Shown here piece after piece: positions 26,646 through 35,368 of a stretch of DNA of 63,291 bases. The stretch is from Victivallaceae bacterium (GTDB lineage: Bacteria; Verrucomicrobiota; Lentisphaeria; Victivallales; Victivallaceae). Each line of letters begins with the position of its first letter. Within the stretch, counting starts at the first letter, position 1. The stretch lies in NCBI GenBank assembly GCA_028717165.1, contig JAQUOK010000001.1:1-63291 (forward strand), in the 5' to 3' direction. Made by a program: the position numbers and the translations under genes. The notes beneath the pieces are model-generated. The model was not told where the DNA came from and ran no database searches. It worked only from the letters and a program-made list of their open reading frames with translations.

Positions 26646-27713
26646 TTGCCTCCGGCGGTTTATGCCGTACCTGGAATTGAAACCAATATTTATTTTGACA
26701 ACCTCGTATTGACGATAAATTCCGCCAACTATGTGTTTGACGTTGACTGCCCGAAAGGACGCAATGACGCCAAACGCTGGCGCTTCATTCCTTCGGATAA
26801 AGAGATCGGCTCCTATACCTGGGAACTTAAGGTGTTCAACAGTGAAAATGAGCTGGTAGCGAAAGGTTCGACAAAGATAATCGTTTCTCCCTCGGAGGCC
26901 GGGAAAGGCAAAAATATTTCCGTGCTGATGATCGGCGACAGCCTGACCAACTCAACAATTTATCCGGCCGCCGTTTATGACCTGATGACGAAATCCGGGA
27001 TCGCTTTGACCATGATCGGCAACAACGGCGGCAGGGGCCGCAAACCGGGGAAGATCGCGCATGAAGGCTACGGCGGCTGGGCCTGGGAAACTTTCTGCAC
27101 CAAGTGGGCGGAACCGAAAAATGACAAGGATTACCGGGCAAAAAGCCGTTTTTTATTTCTTAAAAACGGCAAACCGGAACTTGATTTCAAAGCTTATGTG
27201 GATAAATACGCCAAGGGCAGAAATCCTGACTTTGTAACTATAATGCTCGGTACCAACGACGTTTTCAGGTGTACGGAGGAAAATATAGGAGCCGGCCTCA
27301 AAAAGATAATGTCATTCGCAGATACATTTATCGCGGAAATCCAAAAACACGCCCCGGATACGCAGATCGGGCTGGCTTTGACGGTGCCTCCGGCCTCCAG
27401 CCAGGACGCTTTCGGCAGCAATTATAAATGCTCGCAAACCCGCTGGCAGTTCCGCCGCAACCAGTTCAAGCTGGTGGAAGTGATGCTTGAAAAATTCGGG
27501 AACGGGAAAATTAAAAACGTTTCTCTGATCCCGGCTTACGCTGGAATTGACTGCGAAAATAATTTTCCGCTGCGCAAAGAACCCGTCAACAGCCGGGACA
27601 GCCAAAGCGTTAAGCGGCATTCAAACGGCGTTCATCCCGCGAAAAGCGGTTATGAACAGATCGCCGATATTTTCTATTCATGGCTCAAATATAAGTTAGC
27701 TGAAAAAAAATAA
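26646..27713 (+). CDS. SGNH/GDSL-family hydrolase; as sequenced, its signal peptide lies in another frame (ATG 26566, T8 tract 26581-26588)
   Basis: 'VLMIGDSLTN' (block I), 'GTNDV' (block III), 'NGVHPAKSGY' (block V). See the finding on the frameshift. Confidence 0.75.
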   Translation: MPPAVYAVPGIETNIYFDNLVLTINSANYVFDVDCPKGRNDAKRWRFIPSDKEIGSYTWELKVFNSENELVAKGSTKIIVSPSEAGKGKNISVLMIGDSLTNSTIYPAAVYDLMTKSGIALTMIGNNGGRGRKPGKIAHEGYGGWAWETFCTKWAEPKNDKDYRAKSRFLFLKNGKPELDFKAYVDKYAKGRNPDFVTIMLGTNDVFRCTEENIGAGLKKIMSFADTFIAEIQKHAPDTQIGLALTVPPASSQDAFGSNYKCSQTRWQFRRNQFKLVEVMLEKFGNGKIKNVSLIPAYAGIDCENNFPLRKEPVNSRDSQSVKRHSNGVHPAKSGYEQIADIFYSWLKYKLAEKK

Positions 27714-27797
27714 TATGGACAAAAGAGACTGTAAGCTTTTATCGGGAAAAATATCAAGATAAATGCTGGTTCTTAACTACTGGGATTTTTATCGTAA

Positions 27798-28634
27798 TTA
27801 CTCAATGAAATCATTCCAGAGCTTATCAATTTCTGTAAACATAATATCTGTATTTTTAAAAACCCGGCAGATCAAACGGGTATTAGCTGTCATTTGAGAT
27901 CCTTTTTGTAAATCAGCACCGTAAGCCCAGTCATGGGCGGTATCCCAACCGTGATATTGACCGGCTAGATAACGCGTTAAGTGTGGATCACAGAGGAAAA
28001 TTAAAGAGATTCCGGTCGATGAATCTTTTGAAATCAGAATGGGTTTGTCATAGACCCGTTTTTCAACATTAACATGGGTTGTTCCATAATCATCGGCAAG
28101 CAGGTCAAACATACTTTTATCTCGCATTATTCCGAAAATACTGTTCAGTGTTTCCCGATTATCTAGTTTCACCAATTCTCTGGTATCATCATCTTTTTTT
28201 AATAAGACCCAGGTTTCATTGAGCATTTCACACACATAAGAAGCAAAAAATATATCAAACCCCGGAATATCTTTTGTCGGGATAATCGTCATCCGCATAT
28301 CGATCATATCGTCATGGGGGTAGTAAAAGAGATTCATTTCCAATTCGTATTCCGATTCAGGCGGGAAATGAATTAAAACAGTGCCATTCTGCAGTTCATG
28401 GGTGGTTTTTCTCTTCCGCGAGATTTCCCGCGACAGCATTTTTCGTTCGGATCTTGGTCTGATATAATATTCTGCGTTGAGAAATGCTTTTTTATGTCTG
28501 ACAAAATTTACTTGCAGGTCTTGATGCATTAATCCACACAGACCGTGATAACTGCCGTATGGTTCAATACCACCAGCAATTTTACCGGTGTTAAATTCAT
28601 AACACTGGCTTAAATTGTCCCATCTAATGGTCAT
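27798..28634 (-). CDS. hypothetical protein, 278 aa, on an AT-rich island
   Basis: Uninterrupted ORF in markedly AT-rich DNA. No signal peptide or TM helix, and no family recognised. Confidence 0.6.
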   Translation of the reverse strand: MTIRWDNLSQCYEFNTGKIAGGIEPYGSYHGLCGLMHQDLQVNFVRHKKAFLNAEYYIRPRSERKMLSREISRKRKTTHELQNGTVLIHFPPESEYELEMNLFYYPHDDMIDMRMTIIPTKDIPGFDIFFASYVCEMLNETWVLLKKDDDTRELVKLDNRETLNSIFGIMRDKSMFDLLADDYGTTHVNVEKRVYDKPILISKDSSTGISLIFLCDPHLTRYLAGQYHGWDTAHDWAYGADLQKGSQMTANTRLICRVFKNTDIMFTEIDKLWNDFIE

Positions 28635-28970
28635 GGTCTATCTCTTTTAGTTAAGAAATGTTTTGTTTCCTAAACAATTGGTTTGGGGGGATCGTTATTT
28701 TTCTATTCAAAATTTTATTGTTGCTTCTCAAATGCTTCTTTTTATGTTTTTTGTCCTTCCAATACATGACTGGAAAAATCCATAAGCACCTTTATGTGCT
28801 GACTTCCCTCACGAAATTTGCAGTTTCTTATTTGACTTACTCACTGGTTTGCAAGCTTTTTTTCTCATTTCATCAAGCCACTGGCGCAACGTCTCCTCCG
28901 AAGCCGGTCTGGGCAATCGCCGGAATAAAAATCATAAGTAGTCGTTACTGAAAAACCTTTTAAATAACGA

Positions 28971-29657
28971 CTAATTAAATTTCAGTATCGGCCAGTTGTT
29001 CTTGCGGGCTTTGGCTTCCAGTTCGGAACAGGGGTTGGCGGCGATCGGAAAACCCACCGCTTCGAGAACCGGGATATCATTGACGCTGTCCCCGTAATAA
29101 GCGGCATCCGCCAGCGTTAGATCGTGCGATTCGCAATATTCCCGCGCAATTTTTATCTTGCCCGCGCCCAAAACATATTCTCCGCCGAGTTTCCCCGTAT
29201 AGCGCCCGTCTTTTATTTCCAGCTCAGTCGCCAGACAGGCGTCAAACCCGAAATACTCGGCAACCGGACGGGCGATTACGATATTCGTCGCGCTTAACAG
29301 GACAACCGGAAGTCCGAACGCCTTAATGCGTCTGACTTCCGTCTCAGCCCCGGGAAAGATCGTCTTTTTGACCCAGGTTTCAAAATGCAGGCGGACAAGC
29401 TTATCCATTTCAGCCTCGGTCTTTCCGACAAATTCCCGGAGCTGAAAATCCATAAAATCGCTGACTTCAAGTTTGCCGTCAACATACTGGTAGTAATAAA
29501 ACGTTGCGCGTTCCAGAGCGTCCGAAGGAGCAAGTTTCTGTTCGACGACAAAACTTTTCCAGGAAACGTCGCAATCGTTGTCGATCAAAGTATGGTCCAT
29601 GTCAAAAAAATAAATTCCCGGCATATTTTCCCTTTTTGCTCGGAGTACCGCCTTCAT
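28971..29657 (-). CDS. HAD-IB family hydrolase (phosphoserine phosphatase-like)
   Basis: 'IYFFDMDHTLIDND' (DxD motif I), 'LSATN', 'YGDSVNDIPVL' (motif IV). 228 aa. Confidence 0.85.
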   Translation of the reverse strand: MKAVLRAKRENMPGIYFFDMDHTLIDNDCDVSWKSFVVEQKLAPSDALERATFYYYQYVDGKLEVSDFMDFQLREFVGKTEAEMDKLVRLHFETWVKKTIFPGAETEVRRIKAFGLPVVLLSATNIVIARPVAEYFGFDACLATELEIKDGRYTGKLGGEYVLGAGKIKIAREYCESHDLTLADAAYYGDSVNDIPVLEAVGFPIAANPCSELEAKARKNNWPILKFN

Positions 29658-30562
29658 CAGGCGGAACCGTCAACTTGCGTTTCCGGTAAAATTCCGCTTT
29701 CAAAACTTTTTATTTTCCCCTTGCAAACTTTTTCGGTAATTGCCTGAAGCAGTTTTACCCGTTCGGCAAGGTATTCCAATTCCCCTTGGCTTATTTTGTA
29801 ACCCATGTCGTATCTGGCTCCGACATAGGCGCTTCTTAAGAGTTTGAAAAGCCGTTTTCCCTCATCCGTGTTTTTCGGGAAAATCTCTTTGAATTCGGGA
29901 CTGAGGCGGTCAATCTGTATGCCTAACTCTTCAAGGTCATGCAGTTTGGCTTTATAACCGGTAAATGCCAATAAAACCGCATGGTAAAAATGTTCCGTTA
30001 CCTGATGGAGCAGAAAAGCTGCTTGTTTATAATCTTTGCGTTCAAATACAAAATTATATGTTATAAAAAAAGATGATGCACTTTCAAACCAGTTTCTGAA
30101 ATCTCGTTCGGCATTACCCAAACGTTGTTTAAGGTTGAGTTCCGTTACTACCGGAAGCCGGAAACGCCTGGACGAATAAAGTTGTATTCCCTCTTTTTTG
30201 ATGTCGCAGAAGAAATAATTCCCGCGTTTTATCGCCGCTTTGACTTCCTCGATGCTGTGCATGATGATGCTTAGGCGGGTAGCGCAGTGCGCCGCCAGGC
30301 GGGCTTTTCTTTTGATCTTGTTACGGTAGCCTTTGTATTGGTATTTCGGGAGGTCTTTCACGACAATAAGCAGGTCATAATCGCTTTGGTATTCGTAAAG
30401 AATGCCGTCATCGCCGACATATCTGTCCTCGACCCAGTTGCCGCGGGCGTAACTGCCGAAGAGGATAATGAATTCGGCGTCGATCATTTCCGTAATGATT
30501 CCGGTAACCGCCCGGAGTTCGTCCCGTTTGTCTTCCGGCAGATGTGATAATGATTTCTTCAT
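29657..30562 (-). CDS. fused nucleotidyltransferase (MNT/Pol-beta-like) + HEPN domain protein
   Basis: 'IILFGSYARGNW...SDYDLLIVV' (G-S...D-x-D) N-terminal domain. Helical C-terminal half 'FLLHQVTEHFYHAVLLAF...LRSAYVGARY' looks HEPN-like. 1-nt overlap with the HAD gene. Confidence 0.75.
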   Translation of the reverse strand: MKKSLSHLPEDKRDELRAVTGIITEMIDAEFIILFGSYARGNWVEDRYVGDDGILYEYQSDYDLLIVVKDLPKYQYKGYRNKIKRKARLAAHCATRLSIIMHSIEEVKAAIKRGNYFFCDIKKEGIQLYSSRRFRLPVVTELNLKQRLGNAERDFRNWFESASSFFITYNFVFERKDYKQAAFLLHQVTEHFYHAVLLAFTGYKAKLHDLEELGIQIDRLSPEFKEIFPKNTDEGKRLFKLLRSAYVGARYDMGYKISQGELEYLAERVKLLQAITEKVCKGKIKSFESGILPETQVDGSA

Positions 30563-30651
30563 GCAGAAAATATACAGCCGTCTTGCGGATTGACAAAGCC
30601 GTTCAAAAAGAAAATCGGATTTTATAGCTGTTTATATTGTATCGGATGGAG

Positions 30652-30720
30652 CTGGAGGGCGAGACTCTGTCGAGCCGCAGACGTTGAACGTGTTTCGGCT
30701 CACGGGTACGCTTGCCCACA
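30652..30720. repeat. REP-like palindromic element, family A, copy 2 (inverted relative to copy 1; distal arm degenerate)
   Basis: 'ctggagggcgagactctgtcgagccgcagacgttgaacgtgtttcggctcacgggtacgcttgcccaca'. Confidence 0.8.
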
Positions 30721-30760
30721 GTTTATATTCTGAACAGCTCAAAAAAATAGACCGGACAGA

Positions 30761-32125
30761 TTACGACTTAAGCGTCTTGACTTCATTTGAAAACCGGTCC
30801 AGCAATTTTTCGGCCTGCTTGCGGGTTCCGGCTTCGACGGTCAGGCGCAGCGCCGGCTCGGTGTTCGAGCCCCGGAGGAGCGCCCAGCCGTCCGGCATGC
30901 TGATCCGCAATCCGTCGAAAGTCACGCATTCATAATTACGGTAGCGTTTCCGCAATTCATAAATGATTTCACGCGCCTGGAAAGCGCCGCACCGGAATTT
31001 TTCAGACAAATTGAAATATACGGGCATTGAAGCGCATATTTCGCTCATGGTTTCATTGGTCAGGGCGAGCATTTCAAGGATCAGCGCCATGGCGGCGTAA
31101 CTGTCGCGTCCGGGATGCAGACGCCGCCAGATGACGCCGCCGCAGTTTCCCTCGCCACCGATCTCGGAATTTTTTTCAATCATCATGTCAACGACATTGA
31201 TTTCCCCGACTTTCGAATAAAAAACTTCACAGCCGTAGGAGGCTGCGATATCCTCAACCATACGGCTGGTCTGGATATTCACGACTACCGGGCCGGGATT
31301 TTCGGAAAGCATGTGATCCGCCGCCAGTGAAATCGTAAATTGCGGACTCAGGGCGTGTCCGTTATTATCTACCAGCGTCATCCTGTCGCCGTCGGGGTCA
31401 TGCGCGAAACCGACGACGCAATTATGTTCTCTCACGGTTTTTTCAAGTTCAGCGAGATTTTCCGGAAGCGGTTCCGGCGGGCGTTCGAATACGCCGTTTG
31501 CCCGGTCAAAAACGCTGACGACTTCACAACCGAGTTCTTCAAGAAAACCCCTGCTGTATAAAGCCCCGACGCCGTTGCAGCAGTCAACCGCAACTCTGAA
31601 TTTCCGGGCACGGATCGCTTCAACGTCGATTTCTTTGAAGATCCGGCGCATATGAAGCTTAAAGGCGTTATTCTCATAGCGGAGGCGCTTGTAGTCTTTT
31701 TCTGAGCAGTAATCCAGGCTTCCCTGCGTAAAAATATCGAAAAGTTCCGCCGACTCCCGGGTATCGAGAAAGGTTCCATGCGGGCCGATGAATTTCAATG
31801 CGTTCCATTCCACCGGGTTATGGCTGGCGGTAATGACGATGCCGCCGTTCGCCTTGAAATGCGTTACCGTCAGCTGTGCCGTGGGAGTGGGGGCGATGCC
31901 GAGAATCAGGGGCTGACAGCCTGCCGCAAGCAGTCCGGCAATCACCGCCTGTTCAAGCATTTTCCCTGAATTTCTGGTGTCCCTGGCGACAATGACCCGG
32001 CCGCAGCCGGTATATTTGCCGAAAGTCGAGGCCAGGGAAGCCGCCAGCTGCGGAGTCAGGGAATCCCCGACCACGCCGCGCACCCCGGCTTCTGAAAATT
32101 TCAGCGTATGCAGAGCTTTATTCAT
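30761..32125 (-). CDS. phosphomannomutase/phosphoglucomutase (alpha-D-phosphohexomutase), canonical, 454 aa
   Basis: 'TASHNP' (phospho-Ser), 'DPDGDR' (metal loop), 'GGEGNCGG', 'RGSNTEP'. The ATG at 32125 lies 2 nt after the upstream stop. The track's 32290 start overlaps the upstream gene and is rejected. Confidence 0.9.
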   Translation of the reverse strand: MNKALHTLKFSEAGVRGVVGDSLTPQLAASLASTFGKYTGCGRVIVARDTRNSGKMLEQAVIAGLLAAGCQPLILGIAPTPTAQLTVTHFKANGGIVITASHNPVEWNALKFIGPHGTFLDTRESAELFDIFTQGSLDYCSEKDYKRLRYENNAFKLHMRRIFKEIDVEAIRARKFRVAVDCCNGVGALYSRGFLEELGCEVVSVFDRANGVFERPPEPLPENLAELEKTVREHNCVVGFAHDPDGDRMTLVDNNGHALSPQFTISLAADHMLSENPGPVVVNIQTSRMVEDIAASYGCEVFYSKVGEINVVDMMIEKNSEIGGEGNCGGVIWRRLHPGRDSYAAMALILEMLALTNETMSEICASMPVYFNLSEKFRCGAFQAREIIYELRKRYRNYECVTFDGLRISMPDGWALLRGSNTEPALRLTVEAGTRKQAEKLLDRFSNEVKTLKS

Positions 32126-32127
32126 AT

Positions 32128-33492
32128 TCAGTTCATATTCTCCAGTAAGGTGCTGATCTCCAGAGCGCGGTCTTCGGCCAGTTCCCTGTCTTTCGATTCG
32201 GAAATCAGGCGGATAACCTGTTCCGTGCTGGAGGCCCGGACGCTTACCCAGCCGTCTTTCCAGTCCAGGCGAAGGCCGTCGATCTCGCATATCCTGGCGT
32301 CCCTGAAATGGTTCCTGATCGCCCGGATGCGGTTATAGGCATGCATTGACGAACTGTCGACGGTTCTTTTTACGATGTGATAACGGGGCAGTTCGCCGAT
32401 CAGCTCCGATAACGTCTTTTCCCTCGCCGCCATCGCCTCAAGAATTACGGCGCTCATATACAGGGCGTCAAAACCCGGCAGCCAGTCGCTGCTGGTAAAC
32501 GATCCGGAACCCTCGCCGCTGATAAAGGCGCCGGTTTCCTGCATGTAATCAATGATATTGGACTGCCCGGTAATGTATTTTTCAAGTATGCCATGATGCC
32601 GCGCGACCACATCGTCAAGGATTTTTGAAGTGCAGATATTGCTGATTACCCTCAGATTCTTTTCCCCGGCCTTGCCGAGCAGATAATTCGCCCCGAGCGG
32701 GAAACCGAATTCCTCGGACAACGTTTCCCCGGTGTCGCTGACCAGCGAAACCCGGCTCATATCGCTGTTGAAAACAAAACCGGCATCGCTTTTCAGGGCT
32801 TTGATGAGAGACTGCACCTGGAACGCGCTGTGCGGACGGGGTTCCGGGTCATGCGGGAGGATGCCCGACAAAATATTGTTTATCGGAATCAGGTTAAGCC
32901 CGAAACGGTCGGCAAACTCTTTAGCAAGGACGGAGCCGGAACCGTTGCAGAAATCACAGATCACGGTAAACCCGGCTTTTTTTACGGTTTCAGTATCGAC
33001 GGCCCGGCATAAAGCGTCAAAATATTGCGTTCGGATGCTCTCCGGAACCGGGACGGCGTCCATGATCTCGTTCCATTTACAGGCGAGGAAACGCCGCCCG
33101 TAGTAGATGTCGAATAATTCCCGCAGTTGTATGCTGTTGAGGTAAGCGCCGTTTTCGCCCCAGGGGACGATCGAGTTCCAGGATTCCTTCTGGTGGCCGC
33201 CGCCGATAAGCAACCCGCCGTCGGCTTTAAGCGCCGAGATCGCGAAAGATAAAAGCATCGCGGGCGCGATTCCCAGGTCATGCACCTCACAGCCGCAGCT
33301 CTGCAAACCGGATACCACTGCCTGATGCAGCATTTCCGAAGAAAAACGCGTATCCAGAGCCACGACCACCCGGCCGCCGCTGACCAGCGTACCGAAAGCA
33401 CAGGCAAAATCAATCGCGTTCTCCGGAGCCAGTCCGGCGCCGATAATGCCCCGGATCCCTGCCGAGCCAAGTTTTCTGGGCTGCATAATCAA
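32128..33492 (-). CDS. phosphohexomutase-family paralog with degenerate active-site motifs, 454 aa
   Basis: Same domain order, but 'GGGHQK' replaces TASHNP and 'NSDMSR' replaces DxDxDR. 'SGEGSGS' and 'RASSTEQ' are retained. Confidence 0.85.
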   Translation of the reverse strand: MIMQPRKLGSAGIRGIIGAGLAPENAIDFACAFGTLVSGGRVVVALDTRFSSEMLHQAVVSGLQSCGCEVHDLGIAPAMLLSFAISALKADGGLLIGGGHQKESWNSIVPWGENGAYLNSIQLRELFDIYYGRRFLACKWNEIMDAVPVPESIRTQYFDALCRAVDTETVKKAGFTVICDFCNGSGSVLAKEFADRFGLNLIPINNILSGILPHDPEPRPHSAFQVQSLIKALKSDAGFVFNSDMSRVSLVSDTGETLSEEFGFPLGANYLLGKAGEKNLRVISNICTSKILDDVVARHHGILEKYITGQSNIIDYMQETGAFISGEGSGSFTSSDWLPGFDALYMSAVILEAMAAREKTLSELIGELPRYHIVKRTVDSSSMHAYNRIRAIRNHFRDARICEIDGLRLDWKDGWVSVRASSTEQVIRLISESKDRELAEDRALEISTLLENMN

Positions 33493-33585
33493 TCCAGATT
33501 TAAGTTTTAAGTTTCGGTTTTAAGAATTAATCCTGTTTCGTCTTATTATTATAAAATAAACCGGCTTTCTGAAAACTCAAATATT

Positions 33586-35109
33586 TCAAGTATGCGCCGC
33601 CATATCTTCTACCCGTTTTTTCACCGTCCTCCGGTCAAGGTTCAGGATTTTGGCCGCGGCAAGATAACTGCCGGTTTTATTATAAGCGTTCAAACAGTAA
33701 ATATTCAACAGTTCGTCGGCAGTCAGACGGCATTCCCTGAGCTCATGGAACAACGCATTTTCGCTGTTCGGAGACGGCGGCGCCTTCTGCACCGCATACG
33801 CGCCCCGGATAAGAATATTGCGCAGGCACTGTTCAAGTTCCCGGACATTTCCCGGCCAGGCGTATTCCAGCCCTAGGTTTGTTTTTATCCAGGCGGTCGC
33901 CTCCGCCGCCAGTTCTTCGGAATCCCCGGGGCCGATCATACCGGCCGCCAGATGCTGCACGAAATTATTCAGTTCCTGCTCGGAACCGCCGAGCTGTTCC
34001 CGCAATGAAGGCGTTTCGATGATATCGGAGCAAAGACGGTAATAAAGGTCGCCGCGGAAAGTTCTTTTTTCAATCGCCTCAAGAAGATTGCGGTTGGTCG
34101 CGGCCAGCAGTTTGCCTTTATAATAGCGTTCGGTATTGTCGCCGAGACGCTGGAACTGGCGGCTTTGTAATATCCTCAGCAGCTTCACCTGTACCGCCTC
34201 GTTGACTTCCCCGATTTCGTCAAGAAATACAGTACCGAATTCGGAGCAGGTTTCCATCCAGCCGATCCGGTTCTGCACGGCTCCGGTGAAAGCGCCCTTC
34301 TGGTGGCCGAACAACTCTGATTCGATCAAAGTCTGCGGCATGGCCGAAAGATGCAGCGGAAAAAAGAGCTGCTGCGAATTGGCGGTGAAATCCAGCGCTT
34401 TTTCGTCAAAAGGTATATGCTGCGACAAAGCCACAGCGCGCGCGACCAGTTCCTTGCCGGTTCCCGAGGCGCCGGTGATCAAAGTGGTGATGCTCTGCAT
34501 CCGGTTATAAAGCAGACGGTGATAACGGATAATGTCATGCGTGAAAATCGACTGCCATATCGAGGCGCGCAATCTTGACGATACCGGAGAACGCCCGATC
34601 AGAAAATCGAAGATATAGTGAAAAGCCCGGCGTATCTGAAAATACATTTCAAACATCTTTACCGCCGTAAAAACCGTTTCGAAAGGGCGCTCCGGAAGAT
34701 GCAGGTAATATTCCCAGTCAGAGTAAAAACGCCGGTAACAGTCCGCAAGGCGGTATTTGCCGCTCTGGTCCATGAAATACGCCTTTATCTCTCCGCGGTA
34801 TACTTCGAACAGATAATAAATGACCAGATTTTCATAAACATGCAGGTCGCCCTCCGCCAGTTCCAGGTTTTTGTCCAGAAGCCGTTCGCGAAATTTGGAC
34901 AGCAGTTCAATAGTCAGTTCTTTCAGCTTGTTGGTATTGAATCGCACCCGGCTTTTTTCCGCCCTGGTATTACCCGTCGCCGACGGGCGGTAATCCGTCC
35001 CCAGCGCCGTTTTCTCAAGCAGGTCCCGCTCCGGTAGAAACGGGTTGGTAAAATCCAGCTTCCCGATCGCTTCCGCTATTTCTCTTTCCTGGTCCGTGCA
35101 TAACGCCAT
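33586..35109 (-). CDS. sigma-54-dependent transcriptional activator (bEBP) with uncharacterised N-terminal sensor region
   Basis: 'GASGTGKELVARAV', 'ESELFGHQKGAFTGA' (GAFTGA), 'VFLDEIGE', 'WPGNVRELE', and C-terminal Fis-type HTH 'AAKILNLDRRTVKKRV'. No receiver domain is evident. Confidence 0.9.
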   Translation of the reverse strand: MALCTDQEREIAEAIGKLDFTNPFLPERDLLEKTALGTDYRPSATGNTRAEKSRVRFNTNKLKELTIELLSKFRERLLDKNLELAEGDLHVYENLVIYYLFEVYRGEIKAYFMDQSGKYRLADCYRRFYSDWEYYLHLPERPFETVFTAVKMFEMYFQIRRAFHYIFDFLIGRSPVSSRLRASIWQSIFTHDIIRYHRLLYNRMQSITTLITGASGTGKELVARAVALSQHIPFDEKALDFTANSQQLFFPLHLSAMPQTLIESELFGHQKGAFTGAVQNRIGWMETCSEFGTVFLDEIGEVNEAVQVKLLRILQSRQFQRLGDNTERYYKGKLLAATNRNLLEAIEKRTFRGDLYYRLCSDIIETPSLREQLGGSEQELNNFVQHLAAGMIGPGDSEELAAEATAWIKTNLGLEYAWPGNVRELEQCLRNILIRGAYAVQKAPPSPNSENALFHELRECRLTADELLNIYCLNAYNKTGSYLAAAKILNLDRRTVKKRVEDMAAHT

Positions 35110-35292
35110 AATTGCCGCTCTGGTTTTTATAGTGCTTTTTTGAACTTAACCGGTTTTTTTGAGCCGTAACTTTAAAATAACAAATTCCTATTATTGAATT
35201 AATATACCATTTGTACATAAAATGTCCAACGCTTGTACTATTTTTGTTGACAATTTTACGGATAATACCGATATTTCTGCGGGAAACAGACT

Positions 35293-35308
35293 TGGCATGC
35301 TAATTGCT
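35293..35308 (+). promoter_or_regulatory. sigma-54 (-24/-12) promoter TGGCATGCTAATTGCT
   Basis: GG-N10-GC with flanks matching the TGGCAC-N5-TTGCW consensus at all but about one position. It lies 61 nt upstream of the ATG at 35369 and is divergent from the bEBP gene. Confidence 0.65.
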
Positions 35309-35368
35309 TCCTTAAAAACCGACATATTGGCTTATAAAAACTCTATATTACCGGGAGGCTGTAAAACC

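Noticed and set aside
28658-28951. 97-aa plus-strand ORF in the AT-rich island
   Set aside because: It is a Phe/Leu/Cys/Lys-rich low-complexity translation of AT-rich promoter DNA with no SD. The minus-strand fragment '...SEETLRQWLDEMRKKACKP...' is too short to call as a transposase or HTH remnant.
29657-30562. Reading of the NTase-HEPN protein as a HEPN RNase toxin or type VII TA module
   Set aside because: I could not find an R-x4-6-H motif in the HEPN half. The two domains are fused rather than encoded as a pair, so a KNTase-like enzyme is more plausible.
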